Of a stretch of DNA of 64,000 nucleotides, positions 16,731 to 27,187 are shown one piece after another; the stretch's first letter is position 1; every line of letters begins with the position of its first letter. A program made the position numbers and the translations under genes. Where the stretch lies: the IMG/VR virus record IMGVR_UViG_3300008259_000009; one strand, written 5' to 3'. The notes beneath the pieces were generated by a model. It saw only the letters and a list, made by a program, of their open reading frames with translations. It made no database searches and was not told the origin of the DNA. The DNA comes from a virus.

Positions 16731-17728
16731 GCGTTTTGTAACAAAGTGTTTATCACTTTTTCCTTATCTTTATTATTTAAATGGTGAATATCTTTATGAG
16801 TTTCAAACCAATTTCTAATTGTCGCATTTAAAGGTATCCTACGAATTTTTGATAATCGTTTAAACCCTTTTAATTGTGCTTTAATTTCTTCAGGTCTTGT
16901 GTAATATTCTAATGGGTCTTCAATATCCGCATTACCCCCTAACTCAAACTCTCCCGATTTATATTGTCTGTAGTGTTCTAATTCGTGAGCAAACAAATCA
17001 TTTAGTTCGCCAATAATATCGTAAAGTAATTTATTAATATTTTCATCAGGATTAACAACAACTAAAACTTCAATAACATCTTGGTCTTTAACATAATTTC
17101 CATTAACTGCAAATCTTTTTATGTCGTCATCTTTTCTAACGGTTAACTCAACTGAAATATCTTTAACATTCGTAAAATTATATACCATTTCATCATTAAT
17201 ATCTTCAGGTAAATAAAATTCACCCTCTTGATTTTTCTTTAATATAGAAACAACGTCTTTAATCATTTTTTGAATTGGTAATCTGTGTGCCTTAGTTTCA
17301 TTAATACTCTCGGTTTCTTTGAATTGTATGTCGGTTTTAGTAACCGCGATAGTCCCCTCAAACCCTATTGCAGACATCAAATATTCCCTGATTTCTCCTT
17401 TTATTTCCCATAATGTGGGTTTTGCAACAATATCTAAAAGTCCTTCCACATTATCAGAACCCCTTAATGCCTTTAAAAGATTTTTAAAAGTATAATCCAT
17501 TTCATCATCAAAATCAAAAAGCTCAACCTCCAAAAATATGACAGGTTTCCAATCACCAGTATGAATCATCATTTTGATGTCGTTAACTTTTTTAACTCGG
17601 TATTTGAATTCATATGTAATACCTTCTTTTCTTGGGTTAGGGAATTGATAAAAATCACCTGAATACTGAAACACTTTTCTTTTCAGTAATCTACTAATGA
17701 ATTCAATTCTATAACCGTGTTCTTGCAT
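16727..17728 (-). CDS. Zincin-like metallopeptidase domain protein
   Basis: FAHELEHYRQ (HExxH) plus YYTRPEEIKA. Confidence 0.75.
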   Translation of the reverse strand: MQEHGYRIEFISRLLKRKVFQYSGDFYQFPNPRKEGITYEFKYRVKKVNDIKMMIHTGDWKPVIFLEVELFDFDDEMDYTFKNLLKALRGSDNVEGLLDIVAKPTLWEIKGEIREYLMSAIGFEGTIAVTKTDIQFKETESINETKAHRLPIQKMIKDVVSILKKNQEGEFYLPEDINDEMVYNFTNVKDISVELTVRKDDDIKRFAVNGNYVKDQDVIEVLVVVNPDENINKLLYDIIGELNDLFAHELEHYRQYKSGEFELGGNADIEDPLEYYTRPEEIKAQLKGFKRLSKIRRIPLNATIRNWFETHKDIHHLNNKDKEKVINTLLQNA

Positions 17729-17772
17729 GGGAGACTCTTTATATACTAATAAATATGTTTTATTTTTACTTT

Positions 17773-18168
17773 ATGGAAATAATAAATATACGAAAAAATA
17801 AAAAACCTGACAATGTTGCCGATAATCCAGGTTTATTACCCTATGGTTCTAATGTGGGGGCCCCAAGTATTAGTATAGAAAATGTTGACGGATGGAAGGC
17901 ATCTAAATTACAAAAAGTAAATCATCAGTTTAAATCAAAATTTGAGGAAATGAAAAAAGACTATGATTTATTAATGGAGGAATTTTTATGGAACGAGATG
18001 ATTTATAACTCTAAATTTACTTTTGAGCCAGTTGTTGGTGAAATATATCACCTTTACTATGGAAATGATGAAAGTGTTTTCTTATCATTAATTGGTCCTA
18101 ACGAATGGAATAAAAAATACGTAGGGAGTTTTAAGTTAAATAGCGATAATAAATGGTTAAAAATTTAG
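17773..18168 (+). CDS. DUF2452-like protein
   Basis: LLPYGSNVGAPSI..FEPVVGEIYHLY..FLSLIGPNEW resembles flavobacterial DUF2452 (from memory). Confidence 0.65.
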   Translation: MEIINIRKNKKPDNVADNPGLLPYGSNVGAPSISIENVDGWKASKLQKVNHQFKSKFEEMKKDYDLLMEEFLWNEMIYNSKFTFEPVVGEIYHLYYGNDESVFLSLIGPNEWNKKYVGSFKLNSDNKWLKI

Positions 18169-18170
18169 AA

Positions 18171-18593
18171 ATGGAATTATTAAACACCCACCCTATTAAA
18201 AAATCTGATTTAGGATTTCACGGAAATTTGTTTGGTGGGAAACTTTTGGCGTGGTTAGATGCATCTGCTGTGGCCTACGCAATGCAATTATGTGACACCC
18301 CTAGAATGGTTACAGTATCTATAGATAAATGCGTTTTTGAAAAACCGTCAAAAGAAGGTCAGTTATTAAAAATATTTGGGTGGCCATCATCTATTGGAAC
18401 CACATCTGTGACTTTATATATTGAGGCCAGAGCGCATAATGTTAGAACAGGAAAACAATATATTGTATTAAAAACTCACACTAAATTTGTGTATATTGAT
18501 GAAGATGGAGCGCCATTACCATTAAAAGAAAAATCAATTAAACGTATAACAACTATGATTGACTCAATTAAAAACGAAGAAACAAAAAACTAA
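18171..18593 (+). CDS. Acyl-CoA thioesterase (HotDog fold)
   Basis: DLGFHGNLFGGKLLAWLD..VTVSID..IGTTSVT. Confidence 0.9.
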   Translation: MELLNTHPIKKSDLGFHGNLFGGKLLAWLDASAVAYAMQLCDTPRMVTVSIDKCVFEKPSKEGQLLKIFGWPSSIGTTSVTLYIEARAHNVRTGKQYIVLKTHTKFVYIDEDGAPLPLKEKSIKRITTMIDSIKNEETKN

Positions 18594-18594
18594 T

Positions 18595-19617
18595 ATGGAA
18601 CAAAAATTTGATTTTAAAGACATTACAATTATTCCAGAATCAATTTCATCAATAAATTCAAGAAGTGAGATTAATGTTAAAGATGAAAACAATAAATTAC
18701 CAATTATTGTTTCCCCAATGGATACTGTAATTGATTACGATAATCAAGAAATTTTTACTAAAAATAATTTAGTTGTTTGTTTACCTAGAGGTGTTAAAAG
18801 TGTTGACACTAATTCGTTTTTTTCACTGTCTTTGGATGAATTTGAGTGGTACTTAGAGTTATTACCTGAAAAGACCGAACCAAAAAATATTTTGGTGGAC
18901 ATTGCAAATGGTCATATGGAAAAAATCCACACTTTATCTAAAAGGTTTATTGAAATGAGACCGACCGATTCTCACAAACTTATGGTTGGGAATATTGCTA
19001 ATCCTGAAACATTTAAACGTTTTTGTGAGATTGGTGTTGATTATGTTAGAGTTGGCATTGGTGGTGGTAGTGGTTGTTTAACCTCAGCAAATACAGGTGT
19101 TCATTATCCGATGGCATCATTAATAAGTGAATGTTTTTGGATTAAACAATTATCTAATTACACTACAAACATAGTTGCCGATGGTGGGTTTAGGAATTAC
19201 GATGACATAATTAAAGCGATTATGTTAGGTGCCGATTATGTTATGTTAGGAGGATTATTAAATCAAACTTTAGAGTCTTGTTCTCAAACTAAACTATTCA
19301 AAAAAATCCCAATCAGTTATAAAACTTCAGTTAAAATTTGGGATAAGTGTCCGTACCTTAGAAAACACATGTATAAAAATTTTAGGGGTATGTCAACCAA
19401 AGAAGTTCAAAGAAAATGGAATAGACCAGTATTAAAAACTTCTGAAGGGATATCTAAATTTAATAAGGTTGAATATAAATTAAGTTCTTGGGTTGAAAAC
19501 TTTGAGGATTATCTTAAATCAGCAATGTCCTACACTAATTCAAGGACTTTATCTGAGTTTAGAGAATCCCAATATGTTTTTATCACTGAGAATGCGTTAA
19601 AAAGGTTTTCTAAATAA
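18595..19617 (+). CDS. GMP reductase / IMP dehydrogenase family
   Basis: SPMDTV, DIANGH, RVGIGGGSGCLT, VADGG, DYVMLGG, FRGMST motifs. Confidence 0.9.
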   Translation: MEQKFDFKDITIIPESISSINSRSEINVKDENNKLPIIVSPMDTVIDYDNQEIFTKNNLVVCLPRGVKSVDTNSFFSLSLDEFEWYLELLPEKTEPKNILVDIANGHMEKIHTLSKRFIEMRPTDSHKLMVGNIANPETFKRFCEIGVDYVRVGIGGGSGCLTSANTGVHYPMASLISECFWIKQLSNYTTNIVADGGFRNYDDIIKAIMLGADYVMLGGLLNQTLESCSQTKLFKKIPISYKTSVKIWDKCPYLRKHMYKNFRGMSTKEVQRKWNRPVLKTSEGISKFNKVEYKLSSWVENFEDYLKSAMSYTNSRTLSEFRESQYVFITENALKRFSK

Positions 19618-20197
19618 ATTCTATGGATACTTTTAAATTACCTTGTCCTTTAATTATTCTGTGATATACACCTTCAGGTATTATATATTTTTGGCCTTTT
19701 GTAAGACTTTTTGGTAATTCGTTATCCATTTGTATTTCCCATCCTTGACCTTCAAGGACTGTGACTAATCTATCCTCTCTATCTCTGTGCCATTTTAATT
19801 CATCAGATTCGGTATTTTCACTAAACACACGAATTTTTTTATTACCCTCATTTATTTCGTCAAATGGTAAATCATTAACTTTTGATTTTTTCTTTTTAAA
19901 TAGTTTCATTAATATTAAAAATATAGTACCACCAGGTAACAAAAATATACCCGCCATACCTAATTTAGTTAAAGTTCTTTTAAATACACCCTTAAGTTCA
20001 TCACCAATTTTTTCACGTTCTTCTTCACTAATTGATTCCCCACTATTAACCAATTTAATTAAATTAGAATATGCTGATTTAGCATCATCACTTGAATTTT
20101 TAAGTTCTTCTAAGAATGTTTTTTTTATTGATTCTTTGTGTTTATTGAAAAATTCTTTGACTTTATTTTCATTTAACACGTTTAAACGTTTGTTCAT
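19610..20197 (-). CDS. Two-domain protein with C-terminal cupin-like domain
   Basis: KWHRDREDR..IPEGVYHRIIKG cupin pattern; N-terminal LLPGGTIF hydrophobic hairpin. Confidence 0.65.
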   Translation of the reverse strand: MNKRLNVLNENKVKEFFNKHKESIKKTFLEELKNSSDDAKSAYSNLIKLVNSGESISEEEREKIGDELKGVFKRTLTKLGMAGIFLLPGGTIFLILMKLFKKKKSKVNDLPFDEINEGNKKIRVFSENTESDELKWHRDREDRLVTVLEGQGWEIQMDNELPKSLTKGQKYIIPEGVYHRIIKGQGNLKVSIEFI

Positions 20198-20198
20198 A

Positions 20199-20822
20199 TT
20201 ACCAGCTTCTTGACGATTTTAAACCTAATTTTTTTCTATATCTTGACACATTACAAGACCAATATCCAGCAGTTGTTCTATCTTTCTTTTGGTCACATTT
20301 GTGTCTCGCTCTAAATGATTTTGCCCTGCCTTTACTAGCATTTTTAATTCTTAAATTTGGGTCCCCAAATGTAACTTTTTTTACTGTACCTTTTGGGGTT
20401 TTAACATAAACTGCGAATTTTTTTGGTCCGCCAGGTGTTCTAAATGGACTACCTAATTTAACTTTTTTACCACGGTGTATCGCTTCATTTAAAACATCCT
20501 CAAGGTCATTTTCATAAATAGGTGCGTCCAAATAAACCTCATCCCCATTTTCAAGGATAACTTTTTTTCCTAAATCAGATTCAACTAACCATATATCATT
20601 TTCGTTTAATGATAACAAATTTTGATTATAAAGTTCTCTAGCTTCATTAATCAAATCAAAATATTTTGATGAATATATTCTAAAAACGTTTTCACTTAAA
20701 CTAACTTTATTTTCTAAATGATATTTTAACTCAGGAGAAACGTCAACACCTCTTTTTAATTTCATAGGTGGGTTTTTATATTCACGTAAAACTGATTCTA
20801 TTAATAAATCTAAATTTTTCAT
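20199..20822 (-). CDS. Hypothetical phage protein with basic C-terminal domain
   Basis: KKVTFGDP..KSFRARHKC..AGYWSC; ATATTTAT at 20841-20848. Confidence 0.7.
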   Translation of the reverse strand: MKNLDLLIESVLREYKNPPMKLKRGVDVSPELKYHLENKVSLSENVFRIYSSKYFDLINEARELYNQNLLSLNENDIWLVESDLGKKVILENGDEVYLDAPIYENDLEDVLNEAIHRGKKVKLGSPFRTPGGPKKFAVYVKTPKGTVKKVTFGDPNLRIKNASKGRAKSFRARHKCDQKKDRTTAGYWSCNVSRYRKKLGLKSSRSW

Positions 20823-20851
20823 AACTTCTTTTTTATTTAAATAAATATCCC

Positions 20852-20859
20852 TATATTTG
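20852..20859 (+). promoter_or_regulatory. Bacteroidota sigma-A -7 element (TATATTTG)
   Basis: Immediately upstream of 20864 ORF. Confidence 0.65.
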
Positions 20860-20863
20860 TGTT

Positions 20864-21256
20864 ATGAATGAAAAAGTTTTATATATCGTTAGGGGAGTAC
20901 CAGGTTCAGGTAAATCAACTTTTGCAAGACAATTAACCTCAAACGTATTTGAGGCGGACCAATATTTTATTGATGAAAATGGTGAATACAAATTTGATTT
21001 TACAAAAATCAAAGACGCTCATAAAGATTGTCAAGATAATGTAAAATACGCCATGGAATCATCTATTCCAAAAATTGCCGTGTCAAATACATTCACCCAA
21101 GAATGGGAGATGGAATATTATTTCAACATTGCTAAAGAATTTGGGTATAAAGTTTTTACAATAATTGTGGAAAATAGACACGGTGGTAAGAATGTACACA
21201 ATGTTCCTGATAATATTATTGACTCAATGAAAACCCGATTTGAATTTAACCTATGA
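20864..21256 (+). CDS. P-loop kinase (AAA_33 / polynucleotide kinase-like)
   Basis: RGVPGSGKST Walker A, EADQYF, VSNTFTQ, HNVP. Confidence 0.85.
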   Translation: MNEKVLYIVRGVPGSGKSTFARQLTSNVFEADQYFIDENGEYKFDFTKIKDAHKDCQDNVKYAMESSIPKIAVSNTFTQEWEMEYYFNIAKEFGYKVFTIIVENRHGGKNVHNVPDNIIDSMKTRFEFNL

Positions 21257-21462
21257 AGTACTCCCCTTTACTAGCGGCATTAATCTTATTTTTTAGAATT
21301 TTTATAGTTTTAAAACTATTACTATTGTTTTTACAAACAAGTTTATATCCTGAGAAATATGATGTTTCATCATTAACTTGGTGGATTTATTTATTGATTT
21401 TTGATATTTGGGTTTTAACCCAAATACCAGCACCTGAAGAAAAATCGGATAGTGATGAATGA
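21253..21462 (+). CDS. Small membrane protein
   Basis: Two hydrophobic segments; ATGA overlap with upstream gene. Confidence 0.55.
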   Translation: MKYSPLLAALILFFRIFIVLKLLLLFLQTSLYPEKYDVSSLTWWIYLLIFDIWVLTQIPAPEEKSDSDE

Positions 21463-21465
21463 TTA

Positions 21466-21684
21466 TTATTTAGAGTATTTCCGAAATAAGAAATAAAGAC
21501 CAAAAAATAGTCCCGATACGCAATACAAAATTAAATTTGCATAAAATAAACTCCCTGTCGTAACAATCAGATAATATTGAACTGCATCGAATCCAAATGG
21601 ATTGAAGAACATTGCCAACATAAGGAACTTTATTGAAAGATTCCCCAAAAATATTTGTCTCCACGTCTTGATTCGATTCATCAT
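21466..21684 (-). CDS. Small membrane protein
   Basis: Hydrophobic 72 aa; FFNPFGFDAV. Confidence 0.6.
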   Translation of the reverse strand: MMNRIKTWRQIFLGNLSIKFLMLAMFFNPFGFDAVQYYLIVTTGSLFYANLILYCVSGLFFGLYFLFRKYSK

Positions 21685-21800
21685 CGTCCATATATGTTAA
21701 TTTAACATTTATGTAATAAAAAATTACGAATATTAATATAAACCAAATGTTGAGTTATTTTGATTTATATTAATATTTATCTATATAAATAACATTTAGT

Positions 21801-22307
21801 ATGAAAAAATACATAATTGACGAAAATAAACTTCGTAAAGCAATTAGACAGCATATTCTTGAGTCAGACTCAACTCAAGAACCTAATGAAGGAAAACAAA
21901 GATGCCTTACAACTAACACAGTTAGTTTGGATGAAATTGTCGGTTTAAATGATGGGTTTAAAAACTACACTTCAAAGTTGTATAAAAGAAGTGGTGGTAT
22001 TAGAGGTATGGTAGACGCTTTGGATATTTTAAGAACCATAAGATTACACCCTGATGTTACAGATGCTGGTGAACATTTATCTTACGATTTAATGAATCAT
22101 CTTAACACATTTCGTGGTAAAAATTATTTAGATGAGACAACAGGTAATTGTCACAGTGCCATGGATAAAGTACTTGAGCTTTATAAAGAAAATGAACACG
22201 GTGAAGAATTAGTGAAAGATATTGAAAAAGTTCTTTCTCATCCTGACCCATCGTCAAGAGCCAAAGAATATTTAAAAAGATGTTTACAGTTAGTAAAAGA
22301 AAAATAA
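21801..22307 (+). CDS. Hypothetical protein with MKKYIIDE..RQHILE leader
   Basis: ATATTTAT at 21773-21780. Confidence 0.75.
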   Translation: MKKYIIDENKLRKAIRQHILESDSTQEPNEGKQRCLTTNTVSLDEIVGLNDGFKNYTSKLYKRSGGIRGMVDALDILRTIRLHPDVTDAGEHLSYDLMNHLNTFRGKNYLDETTGNCHSAMDKVLELYKENEHGEELVKDIEKVLSHPDPSSRAKEYLKRCLQLVKEK

Positions 22308-22355
22308 TCCTCTTTACAGAGGACTTTTAGGACCGTTATCGTTATGGTAACAACT

Positions 22356-22387
22356 AAAGGGGAGGTTCGCTACCATCCCCTTTTTTA
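22356..22387. terminator. Intrinsic terminator between convergent genes
   Basis: AAAGGGGA..TCCCCTTTTTT. Confidence 0.75.
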
Positions 22388-22903
22388 TTTCAGATATTTC
22401 AGGATTTTATCCTTAACACCTGACTGTTTAATTCCCTCATTATAAGGTTTGGTTGTTCTTACAAAATTCTCAAGTGATGACAAATTCAGGTCATCAACCG
22501 CAACCCAATGAGTTACTTCAGGATGATTCTTTAAGTATTCATTGACCTCATAAACACGGATACTTTCACTAAATCCCTTCCAATGTAACATAGCGTGGCC
22601 AGTCTCATCAAAGTCTTTCATATTGGGAGTGTAATCAATAGGAGGTTTAATACCACGAGTGATGTACATTTCTTTCATTTGGTCTAAAGTCCCGTGTAAT
22701 TTCCAATCAGATGATATAACAAGTTCACACCCTGTTTCATCAATAATTTCTTTAAGAATTTTAACCGCCTTCACATCAAAATTATCCATTCGGATATCCA
22801 TTGGTGTTTCAGGGTTGCTATCAAACCCTTTCTTTTTATAACGACCACCCCAATTATTTGACAAACAAATAACTCCATCGTGGTCTAAAAATAATACTTT
22901 CAT
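22385..22903 (-). CDS. HAD-family phosphatase (Swiss-Army-Knife RNA-repair-like)
   Basis: LFLDHDGV, VISSDWK, WVAVDDL. Confidence 0.85.
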   Translation of the reverse strand: MKVLFLDHDGVICLSNNWGGRYKKKGFDSNPETPMDIRMDNFDVKAVKILKEIIDETGCELVISSDWKLHGTLDQMKEMYITRGIKPPIDYTPNMKDFDETGHAMLHWKGFSESIRVYEVNEYLKNHPEVTHWVAVDDLNLSSLENFVRTTKPYNEGIKQSGVKDKILKYLK

Positions 22904-22906
22904 AAC

Positions 22907-23296
22907 TTATTTATTTAACACCTCTAAACAATTTTCTTTCCAAGAAAAGTGACCAACATTAAGTGGAACACAAGAATCTTTACTTTGCATTATTAAAATT
23001 AACTCATGTTCATCGTCATCTAAATGAAATTCAAACCCTTTATCTTTTAGAAAAACAATTTTATCTATGTGTTCTGTAAAGACAATTTTATCTTTTACTA
23101 CACCTACCGACTCAGCAACTTTGTATAACTCATCATTTTGTTTTTCAATCCAATACCACCCTTTTTCTAATGCGGGTTCCGTTGAAATCCTTGAGGTAAC
23201 AATCCATACATCAATTCCTTTACCAATCAATTCTTTGGCAAAGTCCTGAACATCTTTTCGGGATAATGTCCCATCAAAATCAAAACTTACTTTCAT
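22907..23296 (-). CDS. HAD-superfamily protein
   Basis: SFDFDGTL, IVTSR, FHLDDD. Confidence 0.8.
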   Translation of the reverse strand: MKVSFDFDGTLSRKDVQDFAKELIGKGIDVWIVTSRISTEPALEKGWYWIEKQNDELYKVAESVGVVKDKIVFTEHIDKIVFLKDKGFEFHLDDDEHELILIMQSKDSCVPLNVGHFSWKENCLEVLNK

Positions 23297-23299
23297 ATC

Positions 23300-23821
23300 T
23301 TATTTAATTTCAAACGCCGCTCTCATTGGTCGTCTCGCTTTAACCGCATCTTCAGGATTACCAATTACGACACCATCTTTGATTGTAAAGGCATGACCTT
23401 TAACCAATACAAAGAATGTTCCTTTTGGATTCTTTTTAACAAAAGTTCCTACGGTCATTTGTCTGTTAACAATTTTATATAGTTTATCAGTACCAGTAAC
23501 TTTTACTTTAACAGGATAAGATAATGAATGAGGGAGTAAAGGATTTTTTGTGGGTGTCCCAACAGGACAAACTTTTTTACCATTTACTTTGATATTACAT
23601 TCTGACAACTTAACCATCTTAGATGCCGTGAAAAAAGTACCTCTTCTTGGTTGTCTTTTAAACTCCTCAGCAACAAACTTGTGAGCGTAATCATAAGAAA
23701 TCTCAAATGAAGATGCAAATGCTCTTACAACACAATCATTTGTCTCACCTTTAGCAATTGCAGATTCAGTATATCCTTTAATTGCTCGTCCTGTTGTTTC
23801 GTATGGTAGTTTGTTTTTCAT
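23300..23821 (-). CDS. Hypothetical protein, possible Cys-His papain-like fold
   Basis: NDCVVRAFA..VKGHAFTI; TATATTTG promoter at 23826-23833. Confidence 0.6.
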   Translation of the reverse strand: MKNKLPYETTGRAIKGYTESAIAKGETNDCVVRAFASSFEISYDYAHKFVAEEFKRQPRRGTFFTASKMVKLSECNIKVNGKKVCPVGTPTKNPLLPHSLSYPVKVKVTGTDKLYKIVNRQMTVGTFVKKNPKGTFFVLVKGHAFTIKDGVVIGNPEDAVKARRPMRAAFEIK

Positions 23822-23891
23822 ATCACAAATATACACAAAAAATCTCAAACCATAAAAGGCCTGAGATTTTTTTCACGGGAGTTATTAACAA

Positions 23892-25763
23892 TTACTTGAC
23901 TTCTTCAAATTCTACATCTGAAAAATCAGTATCATTTGTTGATTCGTTGGTTGATTCATTATTAGAATTCTCATACAAGTTTTGAGAAACTGATTGGAAT
24001 TTATTGTTTAATGTTTCCATTTTAGATTCCAAAATAGTTAACTCTTTTTTATCTACAGATTCTTTTAAACTACTGATAAGTTCTGTTAATTCATTCTTAT
24101 CAGTTTCTGATATTTTTTCCTCTAAGTCTTTTAAAGACCTTTCAGATTGAAATACTGTAGAATCCGCTTTGTTAATTAATTCAACTTCTTCTCTCGCCTT
24201 TTGGTCTGATTCAGCATTTGCTTCGGCATCTGCCTTCATTTTATCAATTTCTTCTTTGGATAAACCTGATGAAGACTCAATTCTAATTGATTGAACTTTA
24301 TTTGTTCCTTTATCAACTGCCGATACATTAATAATACCATTAGCGTCAATGTCAAAAGTCACTTCAATTTGAGGGACTCCTCTTTGTGATGGTGGAATAT
24401 CGGTCAATTGGAATCTACCAATAGTTTTATTGTCTTTGGCCATCGCTCTTTCACCTTGTAATACATGAATATCAACACTTGGTTGATTGTCAACTGCTGT
24501 TGAGAATACCTGAGATTTTTTAGTTGGGATTGTTGTGTTAGATTCAATTAACTTAGTAAACACCCCACCCATAGTCTCAATACCTAATGAAAGTGGTGTA
24601 ACGTCTAATAACAAGACATCTTTAACATCTCCAGCCAATACACCTCCTTGAATTGCCGCACCTAACGCAACAACCTCATCAGGATTAACCCCTTTTGAAG
24701 GTTCTTTACCGAAGAAGTTTTTAACCGCCTCTTGAATTGCGGGAATTCTTGTTGTCCCCCCAACCAATATAATTTCATCAATATCAGTTGTTTTAATACC
24801 CGCATTTTTCAACGCTGTTTTACAAGGTTCAATAGTTCTTTTAACCAAATCATCAACAAGTTGTTCAAATTTAGATTTTGTTAATGTTAACACTAAATGT
24901 TTTGGGATTCCATCAACAGGAATTAAATATGGTAAATTAATTTCGGTTGATGATGATGAAGACAACTCAATTTTTGCTTTTTCAGCAGACTCTTTCAGTC
25001 TTTGTAATGCCATTGGGTCCTGACTTGGGTCAATATTATGTTCTTTTTTAAACTCTCCAACCAAATAATCAATAATTGCTTGGTCAAAGTCATCACCACC
25101 CAAATGAGTATCACCATCAGTAGCCATTACCTCAAAAACACCATCACCTAACTCAAGGATAGAAACGTCATGAGTTCCACCACCACAGTCAAATACAACG
25201 ACAACGGCATCTTTTGATTTTTTATCAAGTCCGTAAGCCAACGCCGCGGCGGTTGGTTCATTGATAATTCGTCTAACTTTTAATCCCGCAATTTCACCCG
25301 CTTCTTTAGTTGCTTGACGTTGAGCATCATTAAAGTACGCAGGAACAGTAATAACCGCCTCAGTAACTGTAGTACCCAAATAGTCCTCAGCCGTCTTTTT
25401 CATTTTCTGAAGGATAGTTGCCGAAATTTCTTGTGGTGAGTATTCCTTACCATCAATTTTAACTCTAGGTGAGTTATTCTTACCTTTAATTACGGAATAC
25501 GGAACTTTACCAACTTCGTCTTTAGATTCGTCGTAGGTTGACCCCATAAATCTTTTAATTGAATAAACAGTTTTAGTTGGGTTTGTCACAGATTGTCTTT
25601 TAGCGGGGTCACCCACTTTTCTTTCCCCTTCATTCACATACCCCACAATTGATGGTGTAGTTCTTTTACCTTCACTGTTTGGGATAACAATAGGTTCATT
25701 ACCTTCCATTACCGCAACACACGAATTTGTTGTACCTAAATCAATTCCAATAATTTTACTCAT
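23892..25763 (-). CDS. dnaK: Hsp70 chaperone DnaK
   Basis: [53 protein letters not shown]. Confidence 0.98.
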   Translation of the reverse strand: MSKIIGIDLGTTNSCVAVMEGNEPIVIPNSEGKRTTPSIVGYVNEGERKVGDPAKRQSVTNPTKTVYSIKRFMGSTYDESKDEVGKVPYSVIKGKNNSPRVKIDGKEYSPQEISATILQKMKKTAEDYLGTTVTEAVITVPAYFNDAQRQATKEAGEIAGLKVRRIINEPTAAALAYGLDKKSKDAVVVVFDCGGGTHDVSILELGDGVFEVMATDGDTHLGGDDFDQAIIDYLVGEFKKEHNIDPSQDPMALQRLKESAEKAKIELSSSSSTEINLPYLIPVDGIPKHLVLTLTKSKFEQLVDDLVKRTIEPCKTALKNAGIKTTDIDEIILVGGTTRIPAIQEAVKNFFGKEPSKGVNPDEVVALGAAIQGGVLAGDVKDVLLLDVTPLSLGIETMGGVFTKLIESNTTIPTKKSQVFSTAVDNQPSVDIHVLQGERAMAKDNKTIGRFQLTDIPPSQRGVPQIEVTFDIDANGIINVSAVDKGTNKVQSIRIESSSGLSKEEIDKMKADAEANAESDQKAREEVELINKADSTVFQSERSLKDLEEKISETDKNELTELISSLKESVDKKELTILESKMETLNNKFQSVSQNLYENSNNESTNESTNDTDFSDVEFEEVK

Positions 25764-25821
25764 AGTTTTTATTTTTATTTTTATTTTTTTTCGTTATTTA
25801 TATAATAAAAATTATACCAAA

Positions 25822-25866
25822 TGTCAAAACCTGACAAATTGTCAGTATAATTTTTTTTTGTGTCAG
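25822..25866. promoter_or_regulatory. Palindromic operator-like box upstream of dnaK
   Basis: CTGACA-AAT-TGTCAG at 25831-25845 plus half-sites at 25822 and 25861. Confidence 0.5.
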
Positions 25867-25901
25867 TATTGTTTTATTAAAAATATTATTAATTTTGTGA
25901 T

Positions 25902-26075
25902 ATGTCAAAGAAAAAGGTAGAAATAGAGCACAAAAAGTGGGAAAGAGTGTTTGAGGATGATGAAACAATCATCACATTCAAGTATGATAGTAAAAAAAGT
26001 ATGATTAATCCTTGTGAAGTTGAAATAAAATACAAGGTTGAAAGAAAAGGTGGTGTTAAGAGGAGTAAAATTTAA
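25902..26075 (+). CDS. Hypothetical protein (57 aa)
   Basis: MSKKKVEIEHKKWERVFEDDETI..., read manually. Confidence 0.6.
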   Translation: MSKKKVEIEHKKWERVFEDDETIITFKYDSKKSMINPCEVEIKYKVERKGGVKRSKI

Positions 26076-26750
26076 TTACTCCTCTTTAGATGCATATTTA
26101 ATACCCATTATAGTACCTATAATTGAGAAAGCGTTAGTTAACAGTATACCAAACATATTTGACCAAGCGGCACTTATAACTTGTGTGTCTTTACCCATGA
26201 GCATAGTGAATACATAAACCCCTGTTGTAATAAACCCAACACCTACAATAATCCATAATGCAACTCTAACAATAGTTGAAATTAATTGGTTTTGGGTTCT
26301 TTTTTGAAGTAAGTCTAAGTCGTTTTCGGCACTTTGCTTTGCGGTTTCAGCGTCAATCTTAGCTTGTTCGGCCTTAACCATTTCATTTTTTAGCTCCTCA
26401 GTTAATCTAAGGTTATCTTGTTTCCACTCATTAAGTTCTCTATTTTGGACTTCAAAAGTCAACCTTGATTCCTCAACTTCTCTTAAAGTTTCTTGTAATT
26501 CCCCAAGTATTCTTTCATTTTCATTATTGGCGTTAGTTAATTCGTCGTTTTGCTTTTGAATTTTTTTTGTCATTTCAAGACGTTTTTTTCTTTTTTCTTC
26601 ATCTTTAGTTTGACAAGTTTTTAAATACTCTTTAAACTCTTCATCATCCTCACCATCAATAAGTTTGGTAATATTACCCTCAAGACCTATACCCTTTTTA
26701 TTATATAAGTCAATTAACGTTTTTTTAGTATTTAAATCTATTTTAATCAT
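26076..26750 (-). CDS. Coiled-coil protein with two C-terminal TM helices
   Basis: Long heptad region then VALWIIVGVGFITTG and MFGILLTNAFSIIG. Confidence 0.8.
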   Translation of the reverse strand: MIKIDLNTKKTLIDLYNKKGIGLEGNITKLIDGEDDEEFKEYLKTCQTKDEEKRKKRLEMTKKIQKQNDELTNANNENERILGELQETLREVEESRLTFEVQNRELNEWKQDNLRLTEELKNEMVKAEQAKIDAETAKQSAENDLDLLQKRTQNQLISTIVRVALWIIVGVGFITTGVYVFTMLMGKDTQVISAAWSNMFGILLTNAFSIIGTIMGIKYASKEE

Positions 26751-27184
26751 CTGTATATTTTAAATGGTGCGGTTCTATTTTTATACCCATCGTAATCATT
26801 TCTAAATTCTTCTAATCTAGGTTCTATCTCATCCGATTTAATAATCCAAAATTGAGCTCCAGCATGTACTGCTTTAGCTTGCTCTTCAGACTCGTTAGAT
26901 GAAGAGATTATCCCAATAACTACGTGGTTTCCATATTGAAAATTTATTTTTCTAATGAGTTCAATACCATCAAATGAACTTCCTACTATGTTTAAATCAA
27001 CAAACACACATTCAGGTTTGTCCTCGGTATTATTTTCTTCAAACCATTTTTTAAACATTTTTTCGGCCTCGTCTGCGCTAGTAACTGATTGTAAAGATAA
27101 ACTTATGTCCAAAAGAGAACACGCATCTTCAAATACTAAATGGAATAAATCCTCATCATCCACTAACAAAATTGAATCAATCAT
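26747..27184 (-). CDS. Stand-alone response regulator receiver domain
   Basis: LLVDDED, VFVDLN phospho-Asp, IISSS, WIIKS. Confidence 0.9.
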   Translation of the reverse strand: MIDSILLVDDEDLFHLVFEDACSLLDISLSLQSVTSADEAEKMFKKWFEENNTEDKPECVFVDLNIVGSSFDGIELIRKINFQYGNHVVIGIISSSNESEEQAKAVHAGAQFWIIKSDEIEPRLEEFRNDYDGYKNRTAPFKIYR

Positions 27185-27187
27185 TTT

